The notes beneath the pieces were generated by a model, which was given only the letters and a program-made list of their open reading frames with translations, was not told the origin of the DNA and searched no databases. Below, piece after piece: positions 1 through 11,020 of a DNA stretch of 64,000 bases (position 1 is the first letter of the stretch; each line of letters begins with the position of its first letter). The translations under genes and the position numbers were made by a program. The stretch comes from Octopus sinensis (Eukaryota): contig NC_042999.1 of NCBI RefSeq assembly GCF_006345805.1, positions 17,360,001-17,424,000 of the forward strand. The letters run 5' to 3'.

Positions 1-790
1 CATCCTTTTTGTTCAGTAGGAAAGAGGTTATTCTCTTCCATAAACGTATATGTTTTCTCTACTAGAATAGATGTCAAAATCTTATAGGTAGTAGATCAAC
101 ATGTTATAGGCCGATAGTTTTTTGGGTCTTTCGTTTTGTTATTTTTGGGGAGGAGGTAAGTAATACCATTTGCCATCCAATGTGGTGTTTTTTCCGTGTC
201 TTTCATAATACTATTAAATAGTATTACTAGCATTTTGTGTGCGGACGAGAGTGATGAGAGCCAGAAATTTGGTACTCTATCAATACCAGGGGGTTTCCAT
301 TTGTGAGCCTTCGTTAGTGCTCTCCTTAGGTCGGCGATTGAGATGTCTTCCCATACATGTTCTTGTAGATTTTTGTAGTCACCTTGGGTGCGTTTGATCT
401 ACTCTGCATTTTCATTGTATGGTTTCTCATCACTCCAGATCCCCTTCCAAAAGTTTTCAACTTCTTCCATTAGGGGTGGATTTTCAATGGTTATTTTTTC
501 TTTCCCTATTTCCCTGTAAAATGATTTGGCATTGGATTTGAACGTTTTATTTTGTTTGTAGAATTTGATTCTTTTCTCAAATCTGCGTATTCTCTGAGAT
601 TTTGCTTGGACTTTTTGTTTAAGCGTTTCCTTCGCTGACATTAGTTCTTCTCTTGTTGAGTGACCAAATATTCTCACAATCTTCCTGCCTTTTCTTGATC
701 TTACATCATTTCAAGAGATTAGCTCAGTTAATATCGATAACTCCCTTCACAATAATTGAATTTCAGTTTCAATTCTACTCCTCCAGGTTG
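1..790 (-). pseudogene. 5'-truncated, decayed R4/Dong-clade non-LTR retrotransposon ORF (pre-RT region and RT start), running off the window edge
   Basis: One minus-strand frame with 4 internal stops reads TWRSRIETEIQLL*RELSILTELIS*NDVRSRKGRKIVRIF...KQNKTFKSNAKSFYREIG...WKPPGIDRVPNFWL...KDPKNYRPITC*STTYKILTSIL...FPTEQKG. The WK.PG.D.V.NFWL, NYRPITC and EQKG motifs are typical of R4-clade RT. ORF-track entry 399..677 is part of it. Confidence 0.85.
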
Positions 791-792
791 AT

Positions 793-808
793 TTTATTAT
801 TATTATTA

Positions 809-864
<56 letters not shown>
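793..864. repeat. (TTA)n/(TAA)n microsatellite abutting the 5' truncation point of the R4/Dong element
   Basis: Directly visible. ORF 653..898 (poly-Leu) is an artefact of it. Confidence 0.95.
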
Positions 865-866
<2 letters not shown>

Positions 867-1176
867 TATCTGGCTTGTGCATTTACGGAATTTATTGAAT
901 TAGGAATAATTATTTTTAACTGGGTGGGATGCATTTATGTAACATTTTCCTCGACCAGGGAAATTTGCATTCACACATGCAGACATATATGAAATTATAT
1001 ATTGTTGCTATATATTATATTCAATGATATAAATTACGTGATTGGCTAGTTATGGTGAAGAATAATATTTTGATTGCACTTTTGTATATTTAATATTATG
1101 CATAATACTGTTGGTAGCGAAATGCTGGCGAATTCCAGATCCTATTTGTGTGATGTGAAGGCATGTTAACGTTCTG

Positions 1177-1225
<49 letters not shown>

Positions 1226-2917
1226 CGCATGTAATTGGCTGTTTAATTTTGATGGAAAAAATGAAAGAAAATGATTATTTATTTTTGATATCAATATTTC
1301 CTTTTAACAACCCTTAAAAAATGATATACAAGAGGTTTTCGTCAATCTACATAAGACTCTAAAGTTACCTTCAGAATAGTTTTCGGGAAATGCTTGTAAA
1401 ATGATTACACAAGTAACCTATACGAAGTTATATGGAAATTCCCCCGTGTTTCAGTTAAATACTTCATTGTGGTGCAAGCACTTGGTTTGCTTCCGGGGCT
1501 TAAATATTGCAGGGGATAGAATCTTGTCTAGATTAAGCTAAGCTGAAGCAGATGGGAAAGTTTGGAATTCATATGAAACATGTTAAGAGCTTGCACATTT
1601 AATATTATTTTTCCTTCGCAATATAATATTCTTAAACTTTCTAGTCATTGGTAACAATGCACAGTGCTATTTCCTACTCTTTTTAAACCACGAGCATAGC
1701 ATAAATTGCGACAAATAAATTAAACTAAATTCAACGTTCTACGAATTTAGACATATTTTATGAAGAGAAAATAGTTTAGTTTAAAAAGCATACTTGATTA
1801 ATTTTTCTGGAACGTTAATTAGTGAGAAACGTTTTACAGTTATCCACAGTTATTAATTGAATTTCATTACTTAAACAGATTGGGCGATTTTAAAAGTGTA
1901 GTTCAATAGTATAGGTTGTTAAATTCTGAAGACCAAACGTGGTTTGACGCTTGCGTTAAATTTTCTCTGACAAATTTTGAAAATCTGATTATGCAGGTGG
2001 TTAAATAGAATTTTCAGTTAATCCACTGTAATCTATAAGTTTCTAATTACTGCCGTTGAGTAGATAACTAAATTTTCAAGACAATTTCCACTGAAAGCAT
2101 GCTGTGAACTGAATCACAAATGGATTTTGAGGTGCTGTTATACTAATAATTCAATATTATTAGTACTAGTAATGCAAAACAAATTATTTGTGAAGTTCGT
2201 TAGTTGTACATAGTTAATTTTCACACAAGTTTCTGTATAAAGCAGGTTTTTTTTTGATATCCGGGAAGGGAAGGGAATTTTGTAAGAGGAAAACGTTTTC
2301 CATTCGGGTTACAGAATTTAATTGAATGTAAATGATTAAACTTCGCAACTTTTTTTACATTTATCTTATTATTTGCATATTCTTGTATTTTAATAATTCC
2401 AAAGGTCATGCACTTTAATGCACCATAACCGGTGAATGTCAATTGTCATGTTACAATAATATTTCTCTGTCTTGTATGATAGCAGTTTGCCTCCCGCACA
2501 TAACTGCGATACATTTCCGACTTAAATCAACTTAAAATTAGCGATTTGACGCTAACGAACATCGCAAATATATGAAGGGTTAATATGCCGAGAAAACAGA
2601 AAATCAGAACAAATAATATAAATTACCACTTACAAATAATAAAATCACTTACAAATTCGGTTTCTATGAATGCACATTAGTTATGTACACAGCTACAGGG
2701 ACTCTAACATAAAATAGAACAGTACATGTAACTGATTAACTAGAAGATTAACTAGCAGTACATTTATACTTAAATAGGGAGAAAGAAGTAGCACTTTCAG
2801 AATTTTTAAGAACTACTAAAATAACATAATTTTAAGAAGCATTTGCTAACCATTAATGTAATACCTTAACTTGCAATACTAAACGTATATTTTAGACAAG
2901 GCATTTAATCATTTATG

Positions 2918-3140
2918 TACAGGGCGCGGTGAATAAACTATTGTCAAAATTACGCAAAATCGAAAATTACACTGTCATATCATTTTAACGGATATATTTG
3001 GCAAAATTACACAAAAATATCATGAAATACTAAAGAGCAAATTTATTCAATAAATTCGTCACTGATATCAACCACGGCCTTGAGACGACTTCAGAATCGC
3101 TTGCAATTCTCTGGGACGGTCTCCTTATTAATGTTGGAAC
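2918..3140 (-). mobile_element. Tc1/mariner (maT/DD37D-like) right-end remnant
   Basis: Minus strand reads SNINKETVPENCKRF*SRLKAVVDISDEFIE*, resembling the transposase C-terminus (C.RFR.RL.AVV...G..IE*). About 120 bp later it ends in TA|CAGGGCGCGGTGAATAAA, a plausible TIR with a TA target. Confidence 0.6.
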
Positions 3141-3165
3141 TTTGTAATCAAATAATGGACTGGAA

Positions 3166-3562
3166 CATCATCATCATCGTTGTTCGACCGTGGTCGAGAC
3201 AATGGAATTTACTATGCTACGCCAGACTTCACGGCCCATCATGGCATTACGGAGGTCCTGTTGCTGGATGCCTGTATCCCTGGAGATTACATCAGGGTAG
3301 GAGAGTGTGCGCCCTCTGGTATTGCGAGTAGATGGCTTCCAGAGAAGAAGAGTAGAAATTACTTCTTTTTCAGCTCTACAATAATGTCCAGCAAATTGGA
3401 CTCTCCTACCTTTCACAAGAGATGACACAGGTGGTAGTTTCCCATATATTTGCATTTTGGTTGGATGGCGCTTCCACGAGAGATTTTGAGCTCTCATAAG
3501 GAGGCGAGTGTAAGTTCCATCCAACCGCCTCTCAAGCTTCTTTGATAACGTCCAGGTTTCTG
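3166..3562 (-). mobile_element. RTE-superfamily LINE 3' end (ORF2 C-terminus plus (TGA)n tail)
   Basis: ORF 3174..3620 contains ETWTLSKKLERRLDGTYTRLLMRAQNLSWKRH...RRVQFAGHYCR...LLLWKP...DREVW-like end, then TGATGATGATG. The N-terminal CVCVCV part is microsatellite. Confidence 0.8.
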
Positions 3563-3564
3563 GA

Positions 3565-3710
3565 ACACACACACACACACATGTGTAGACATATACAGAG
3601 CCACGTCTGCGCGTATACACACATATGTGGCAAGTTTCTTCAACTAGAGCTCCAGCAAATTAAAGCCATGGGAGTAGAGTTCGTAAACGGAAACTCCAAG
3701 AATACCGACG

Positions 3711-3775
<65 letters not shown>

Positions 3776-3901
3776 CGTGCGTGTGTGTGTGTATATATCT
3801 ATATATATCTATATATGTATGTATATATGTATGTATGTATATATACATATATACATATATATACGTATATATACATATATGTATTTATATATATATATAT
3901 A

Positions 3902-3971
<70 letters not shown>

Positions 3972-4055
3972 TGTATATGTATATTTATTTAAATAATTAG
4001 GGTTAAGCAAGTGGTTGCTTAACCCTACTTATATATATATATATATATATACATA
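3565..4055. repeat. Compound (CA)n/(TA)n/(TG)n microsatellite block
   Basis: Directly visible; source of several YIYI/CVCV ORFs. Confidence 0.9.
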
Positions 4056-4619
4056 TTAAGAACTTTTTGTAAACGTTCCTACCGATAATGTTCATATTTC
4101 CATACCGAAAGTAGTTTCGGTATGGAAATATAAGGGTAAATTAATAATTATCTATCCTTATATTATATGTATAAATATATATACTTGCAAATATATATAT
4201 ACATGCATATGTATATATATACATATATATATGTATATATATATGCCTCTGTGTTTCTTTGTTTATATCTGTTCCCCCACCACGAACATCACACCTGGTG
4301 TTGGAATGTTATGCCTTTGTCATTTCGGGGTTCTACAACAAGTGCAATGGAGTAAGTACCACGTTTGAAAATATTTACTGGGTTCGACTAAAATTCTTCA
4401 AGAACTTGTTCCAGTATGACCGGAGTGTAATGACGAAAATAATAAAAATGTATAACAATTAAAAGGTATAATACATAAAAAACACACACACACACCTAAC
4501 GTGATGAGGCCTTGAATATCATATTGCACAACATACTAAAAAAGGCCTCGAAATTGAACCAAGTCCTTCTAACACTCCGCTATAAACAACAGAAAAAAAA
4601 GAAGAAAACCACTGGAATC

Positions 4620-4965
4620 TATGAAACAATTACTAACGAAGGCCAAACGTCAAAAGCAGATAATGGAACCAAAATTGGAAAATGCAATATATCGACTATC
4701 GTTTAAATTTTCATCGCAAAAAACATCAAAGATTGAGTTCAAACAAGGACAAAAATTTGCAATGAAAACTTTAATATTACCAGTGCATCTGAAAATCAAT
4801 TCTATACAATAACATGCTGAGAGTGTGAGTAGAATTATATTGGATGTGAACAAGCAAATACCTCTTCACAACAACGCATGATTCTAAATGGATCGCAAAT
4901 TAAAATACAAGTTTACAGATAAATGAATTTTAGCGAACATATAGACACATTTTTTAGTCAAGAAG
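4620..4965 (+). pseudogene. Highly decayed Penelope GIY-YIG endonuclease relic
   Basis: Frameshifted translation KIGKC...EFKQGQKF...SASENQFYTITC*ECE*NYIG...QRMIL..SQIKI aligns by eye to EFSFQQGQRF...CASENLIYSLTCSGCQEQYIG...KRMALHRSQIKI of ORF 6549..7508. Confidence 0.7.
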
Positions 4966-5034
4966 GAAACAAACTTTGCAATTTTTCTTATCTGTAATTT
5001 TGGCGATAGTACATCTCAATTCCAACGTATCAGC

Positions 5035-5207
5035 TAAGAAGTGCCCTCCTGTGTGGTACGTAGCTTGCTTACCAACCACATCGTTCCGGTTTCAGTCCCA
5101 CTGCGTGGCATCTTGGGCAAGTGTCTTCTACTATAGCCTCGGGCCTACCAAAGCCTTGTGAGTGGATTTGGTAGATGGAAACTGAAAGCCCGTCGTATAT
5201 ATGTATG

Positions 5208-5266
<59 letters not shown>

Positions 5267-5477
5267 CTGTTTGTCACCCCAACATCACTTGACAACCGAT
5301 GCTGGTGTGTTTACGCCCCCTTAATCTAGCGGATCGGCAAAAGGGTCCGATAGAATAAGTACTAGGCTTACAAAGAATAAGTCCTGGGGTCGATTTTCTT
5401 GACTAAAGGCGGTGCTCCAGCATGGCCGCAGTCAAATGACTGAAACAAGTAAAAGAGTAAAATAGTAAAAGAGTAAG
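5035..5477 (+). mobile_element. SINE family A, full length (tRNA-like head, internal microsatellite, tail ending GACTGAAACAAGTAAAAGAG)
   Basis: B-box-like GGTTTCAGTCCC; body CTTGGGCAAGTGTCTTCTACTATAGCCTCGGGCC; many homologous copies in this window. Confidence 0.85.
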
Positions 5478-5784
5478 GAAATGCCAACCAATTCCTCTAG
5501 TAGAGAAAAGAAGTAAAAATCAACACCAACAATAATGAAAACTTTATTGGGACCACCACAACTACTACTGATACATTGTAGATGGACACTCGGTATAATC
5601 CAAAACTACCACTACTAGGCAGATCCCTGTTTCTCAACCGCATTGCACATGGCCCTTAGCGTCCATATCAGATTATTTTGTTAAAATTTATGTATAATGA
5701 ATTGCTTATATTTTTACAATACACAAAATATATAAATATTTTTTATATAACTCCTAATGATATTTAATGATAATAATATTCTTT

Positions 5785-5975
5785 TTATTCTTTTATTGTT
5801 CTGTTTTTATCAGTCATTTTGACTGCGGCTATGCTGGAGCAGCAGAGCATCAGAGCACCAGTGCTTATTCTATCGGTGTCTTTTGTCGAACCGCTAAGTT
5901 ACGGAGACGTAAACACACCAGCATGTGTTGCCAAGCGATGGTGCGGCGACAAATACAGGCACACAAACATGAACA
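5785..5975 (-). mobile_element. SINE family A, 3' half
   Basis: Reverse complement of the family A tail (CAGTCATTTTGACTGCGGCTATGCTGGAGC...GAACCGCTAAGTTACGGAGACGTAAAC). Confidence 0.75.
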
Positions 5976-5976
5976 T

Positions 5977-6007
<31 letters not shown>

Positions 6008-6024
6008 ATATATATATATATATA

Positions 6025-6312
6025 TCAATGTGATCACGTGACCGACCAGACCATCAGATGTTGCTACACAGCGCTGGTCACAATGCGTTCGCATTGTTTT
6101 AGCCTTTGAATGACGCCACCCCGCTGGCTAAGCGAGCAGGCCAAGAGAAGAAAGAGTGGTGAAAGCAGGGATCACCACCCCCTGCCGGAGCCTCGTGGTG
6201 CTTTCAGGTGTTTTCGCTCAATAAACACATGCAACGCCCGGTCTGGGAATCGAAACCTCGATCCTACGACCGCGAGTTCGCTGCCCTAACCACTAGGCCA
6301 TTGCACCTCCAC
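6025..6312 (-). mobile_element. SINE family C, tail variant C2
   Basis: Head GGAGGTGCAATGGCCTAGTGGTTAGGGCAGCG...GGTTTCGATTCCC (A and B boxes) is shared with 9064 and 27996; the 3' part differs (GGCCTGCTCGCTTAGCCAGCGGGGTGGCGTCATT...). Confidence 0.8.
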
Positions 6313-6344
6313 ACACACAACACACACACACACACACACATATA

Positions 6345-7508
6345 TTTGCCAACCTAGTCATAGGATACCTAGAGATCAGTCTGTATCGTAAGGTTCTAGA
6401 AAGATATGGCAGCCCTTTCTCCATCTACATAGAAAACAACTGGAAGAGATATCTAGATGACTGTTTCATCCTTTGGCATAAAAATATAGAAAAACTCATA
6501 GAATTCCAGAAAATTTTAAACGGACTGGACGTAAACATCCAATTCACGATGGAATATAGCCAACAACAACTCCCCTTCCTCGATAACCTCATTAAGAAAG
6601 CTAATAATATAATAGAAACAGACATATACTATAAGCCTACAGACTCTAAGCAATATCTTCCATTCAATTCATGCCACCCCAGACACACCAGGATAAATAT
6701 CCCCTTCAATCTAGCAAAAAGGATATGCACTATAGTCTCTAACGCAAACACCAGAGACACACGACTACAAGAACTAAAAGATACCCTAATCACCAGGAAC
6801 TATCCACCTTCACTTATTGACAAGTGCATTCAACTTAACATCAAGGAACTGAGACATCCCAAATCAAAGAAAAACTTACAACCAAAAGCCTTACCATACA
6901 TCTCCACACACAACCCTCTCAATAACGAAGCCTTCGACACCATCCTCCATAACATACCCCTCCTAAAAAAAGACCACAGAATGAACACAATCCTCCAAAC
7001 ACACACGATCATAAAAAGCAAAAGACAGCCTAGATCCATGAAAAGTCTCCTTACACAAGCCCGAATTCACTCCTCAACACAGAAGCCGACAGTAAAAAAA
7101 TGTGGAAGACCCAATTGCGGGATATGCGACTATCTAATTGAGGGATCAGAGTTCTCCTTCCAGCAGGGACAACGGTTTACAGTGAAAAGCAACTTCACAT
7201 GTGCTTCGGAGAACCTAATATACTCACTAACCTGCTCCGGGTGTCAAGAGCAGTACATAGGCCAAACAAAAAATGGTTTGCGTAAACGAATGGCCCTGCA
7301 CAGATCCCAGATAAAAATTCCCCAAAACAGAAAAATAGCTTTTAGCCAACACATAGATACTTGCGCCAACAAAAAAACACCAAACTTCAGAATTTTCCCC
7401 CTCTACCAATTTAGGGACGATACAACCTCGAGACAACGAATAAGTAAAGAAAATCTCTTTATTACAAAATACAAGCCACTTCTAAACGGGTCTACGACAA
7501 AAAATTAA
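6345..7508 (+). CDS. Penelope-like element ORF, 5'-truncated: C-terminal half of RT (YLDD motif), thumb and GIY-YIG endonuclease
   Basis: ORF 6549..7508 extends in frame by 68 stop-free codons to 6345 (FANLVIGYLE...WKRYLDDCFILW...IQFTMEYSQQQLPFLD). It continues YYKPTDSKQYL.F.SCHP.H, KKCGRPNCGIC and LIYSLTCSGCQEQYIGQT...RISKENLFI.KYKP.LN. Confidence 0.93.
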   Translation, partial: FANLVIGYLEISLYRKVLERYGSPFSIYIENNWKRYLDDCFILWHKNIEKLIEFQKILNGLDVNIQFTMEYSQQQLPFLDNLIKKANNIIETDIYYKPTDSKQYLPFNSCHPRHTRINIPFNLAKRICTIVSNANTRDTRLQELKDTLITRNYPPSLIDKCIQLNIKELRHPKSKKNLQPKALPYISTHNPLNNEAFDTILHNIPLLKKDHRMNTILQTHTIIKSKRQPRSMKSLLTQARIHSSTQKPTVKKCGRPNCGICDYLIEGSEFSFQQGQRFTVKSNFTCASENLIYSLTCSGCQEQYIGQTKNGLRKRMALHRSQIKIPQNRKIAFSQHIDTCANKKTPNFRIFPLYQFRDDTTSRQRISKENLFITKYKPLLNGSTTKN

Positions 7509-7659
7509 TATACCTCAACTTTAGAATAAAAGAAAAAAATATATATACACACACAAATATTACACTCCATAGAAATATTACACTCCATATTACACTCCAT
7601 TACTAATCAGCCCCTTCATAGCTATACTTACACCCATTCATATCCCCCCTTCTCTGTTT

Positions 7660-7905
7660 TTTTCTTCTTCTTCTTCTTCCTCTTCTTCTTCATCATCATC
7701 ATTATCATCATCATCGTCGTCATCATCATCACCACCATCATCACCACCATCTTCTCCTTCTCCCTCTTCTTCTTCTTCTTCTTCTTCATCATCATCATTA
7801 TCATCATCATCGTCGTCATAATCATCACCACCACCACCATCATCGTCATCCTTCTCCTCTCCTTCTCTTCTTCTTCTTCTTCTTCTTCTTCTTCTTCTAC
7901 TTCTC
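7660..7905. repeat. Compound (TTC)n/(CAT)n/(CAC)n microsatellite, internally duplicated
   Basis: Directly visible; gives the poly-E/D/M/K ORFs 7628..7849 and 7638..7931. Confidence 0.9.
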
Positions 7906-8250
7906 CCCCCCCTACCCCTTAACTTTGTCACTAATGTTTTTTAGTATAACACCTACGCTAATTCTATAACAAGCCTGTCAATATAAATATTCTCCTGAAT
8001 TGAACTGAGACTGCCAGCCGCCACTGACCATTCAAAATACGACCATCAGGGCACTCCCAGATTCTCCCATCCCCCTTTCCCCACCAGCCTTCTTCCTCTA
8101 CTACCCTTCCAAGAACTCACAACGACCTCCGACACACAAGTGCAAACAAGGGAGTCAGAGAAAGGCAGAATGCCACTTAAATCTGAACACTACTAGAAAT
8201 ATTCTTTTAAAAAAACTTTTCTTCTAATTTTTGTAAATTAATTATTTAAT

Positions 8251-8298
8251 CGTTACAGTTGAAAAGGTCTCAAAATGACCGAAACCGGTACTGAAATG
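8251..8298 (+). ncRNA. Minimal type I hammerhead ribozyme motif (U3-A8 core variant) in the PLE 3' end
   Basis: CGTTACAG-TTGAAAA-GGTC tcaaaat GACC-GAA-ACCGGT-A-CTGAAATG: stem I with one mismatch, stem II 4 bp, palindromic stem III, GUA triplet. Confidence 0.7.
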
Positions 8299-8351
8299 TT
8301 CACTATAAAATTATTTTAGCATTTTCTACTTTTGACTTGTTTTTTCATATA

Positions 8352-8414
<63 letters not shown>

Positions 8415-8417
8415 TAT

Positions 8418-8458
<41 letters not shown>

Positions 8459-8489
8459 GTAATATAATATATTATATATATACACGTAT

Positions 8490-8645
8490 AAAACGGGCTT
8501 CTTTCAGACTCCATCTACCAAATCCACTCACAAGGTTTTGGTCGGTCGGAAGCTAAAGTTGAAGACGCTTCTCCAAGGTACAGTGGGATTGAACCCAGTG
8601 CCATTTGGTTGGGAAGCAAAGCTTGTTGCCACACAGCTACTTCTA
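8490..8645 (-). mobile_element. SINE family A, 5' half
   Basis: GGGCTTCTTTCAG..TCCATCTACCAAATCCACTCACAAGG... matches the other family A heads. Confidence 0.7.
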
Positions 8646-9063
8646 AATACATCAAATGGCTTTGGGGGTCCATCCGAGTAAAATAAGACTTAAATTGGTC
8701 CATAGGCAGAAAATGCTTGAGTACCAGTGACAAAATGTAAGACTTACTAGAAGCCACTGGCAATCCTACCTGCTGCTACATTTCCTCTCCTCCACCACCT
8801 GACCTACCTGCTATGACTTTCATTAACAAGTCGCCACTTCAGACTGGTAGTAATCAGAAAGGAATGCACTCGAGCACCACATCATTGCTATAAATAAAAA
8901 CATTTTAACTTCCAGGAAAAATATTTTGAGAGTTTAATGTAATTTGTTTTACCTCGATCGATTTCACGTTTTACTTCAGCAAGAAGAGCGAAACTGGTCG
9001 CTGCGAAGCTTCAAAACTACACATTGTCTCACTGTTTTCCATGATAGTATTTGCTTCTCGTGG

Positions 9064-9428
9064 AGGAGGCGCAATGGCCCAGTGGTTAGGGCAGCGGACT
9101 CACGGTTTCGATTCCCAGACCAGCGCTGTGAGTGTTTATTGAGCGAAAACACGTGAAAGCTCCACGAGGCTCCGGCAGGGGATGGTGGTGATCCCTGCTG
9201 TACTCTTTCACCACAACTTTCTCTCACTCTTACTTCCTGTTTCTGATGTACCTGTATTTCAAAGGGCCGGCCTTGTCACTCTCTGTGTCACGCTGAATAT
9301 CCCCGAGAACTACGTTAAGGGTACACGTGTCTGTGGAGTGCTCAGCCATTTACACATTAATTTCACGAGCAGGCTGTTCCGTTGATCGGATCAACCGGAA
9401 CCCTCATCGTCGTAACCGACGGAATGCT
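9064..9428 (+). mobile_element. SINE family C, tail variant C1, full length
   Basis: tRNA-like head GGAGGCGCAATGGCCCAGTGGTTAGGGCAGCGG...GGTTTCGATTCCC; tail ...GATCGGATCAACCGGAACCCTCATCGTCGTAACCGACGGA; homologous to 10603-10974 and 50122-50500. Confidence 0.85.
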
Positions 9429-9474
9429 AATGAAAAGAAGATTTGCTCCTTACACAGACACAAATGCATGCACA

Positions 9475-9510
<36 letters not shown>

Positions 9511-9829
9511 TACACACACACATTACACAGACATACATATATACACACTATTTTGTCTGGGTCTCTTTCTAGTTATTAGGTCCATTTCTAGGTCATTCAC
9601 AATCGCATGTTCGTAGTTTCGATTCACAGAAAGGAAGTGGTTTGTGTTCCTGAGCAAAAGACTTGATTTTTACATTCCAGTCAACTTGTCTATAAATGGG
9701 TAACGCTGTAATAAACAGGCGTTCCATTCAGTGGGGATGTTTGCAACAGGATGGGATCATTTAATTGCTGACACACTGCAAGGAAGCACATTGTGGCCAG
9801 CGGTCGATAATCTGGTCAGTATAACGATA

Positions 9830-10235
9830 TATATATTTTACTCTTTTACTTGTTTCAGTCATTTGACTTCGGCCATGCTGGAGCACCGCCTTTAATCGAG
9901 CAACTCGACCCCGAGACTTATTCTTTGTAAGCCCAGCACGTATCCTCTCGGTCTCTTTTTGCCGAACCGCTAAGTGACGAGGACATAAACACACCAGCAT
10001 CAGCTGTCAAGCAATGCTAGGGGGACAAACACAGACACACAAACATACACACACACATATATAAACATATATCCGACAGGCTTCTTTCAGTTTCCGTCTA
10101 CCAAATCCACTCACGAGGCATTGGTCGGCCCGAGGCTAAAGCAGAAGACACTTGCCCAAGATGCCACACAGTGGGACTGAACCAGGAACCATGTGGTTTG
10201 TAAGCAAGCTACTTACCACACAGCCACTCCTGCGG
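9830..10235 (-). mobile_element. SINE family A, full length
   Basis: Complete reverse-complement match to the head, body and tail of 5035-5477. Confidence 0.85.
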
Positions 10236-10274
10236 CTATATATATGCTTATGTTTAAAACAGTTTAAGTATACA

Positions 10275-11020
10275 TCCTTTCATTCTTTTATTTGTTTCAG
10301 ACATTTGACTACGGTCATGCTGGAGCACCGCCTTTAATCAAGCAAATCAATCCCAGGACTTATTCTTTGTAATACTAGTACTTATTATACAGGGATCTTT
10401 TGCCGAACTGCTAAGTTACCGGGACGTAAAAACACCAGCAGCGGCAGCCAGATACACACACACACACACACACACACATATCCGACGGTCTTCTTTCAGT
10501 TTCCGTCTAACAAATCCACCTACAAGGCATCGGTCGGCCCGATGTATAATAGAAGACACTTGCCCAATTTGCCACACAATGGAACTGAACCTGGTTAATC
10601 GTGGCACTCCGTTGGTTACGACAACGAGGGTTCCAGTTGATCCGATCAATGCAAGAGCCTTCTCCTGAAATTAACATGGAAGTGGCTGAGTACTCCACAG
10701 ACACGTGTGCCCTTAACGTAGTTCTCGCGGGAGATTCGGCATGACAAACAGCTGGGCCTTTGAAATACAGGTACAACAGAAGCAGGAATAACGTGTGAGA
10801 GAAAAATGTGGTGAAAGTGTACAGTAGGGTTCGCCACCAACCCCTACCGGAAACTCGTGGAGCTTTAGGTGTTTTTTGCTCAATAAACACTCACAACGCC
10901 CGGTCTGGGGATCGAAACCGCGACCTTACGACCGCAAGTCCGTTAACCTAACCACTAGACTATTGCGCATCCACTGTTGTTAGTAAGCAAGCTAGTCACG
11001 ACACAGTCACTCCTGCGCCT
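10275..11020 (-). mobile_element. SINE family A interrupted by a SINE C1 copy
   Basis: Family A sequence stops at ~10602 and resumes at ~10975 (TAGTAAGCAAGCTAG...CACTCCTGCGCC). Confidence 0.75.
10603..10974 (-). mobile_element. SINE family C1, nested inside SINE A
   Basis: Reverse complement of 9064-9428. Confidence 0.85.

Larger units (their letters stand above)
6345..8348 (+). mobile_element. Penelope-like element: ORF plus 3' UTR with a purine/pyrimidine microsatellite and a terminal hammerhead, ending at (TA)n
   Basis: ORF as above. The 3' end ...GCATTTTCTACTTTTGACTTGTTTTTTCATATATA resembles the end of the PLE at 46295. Confidence 0.8.

Noticed and set aside
5622-5760. hAT-like end CCTGTTTCTCAACC
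   Set aside because: No matching opposite TIR or 8-bp TSD was found.
7628-7931. Poly-Arg/Glu/Asp ORFs resembling acidic nuclear proteins
   Set aside because: They are translations of a trinucleotide microsatellite inside the PLE 3' UTR.
9064-9130. tRNA gene calls for SINE heads
   Set aside because: A and B boxes are present, but there is no complete cloverleaf and the heads continue into repeat bodies.
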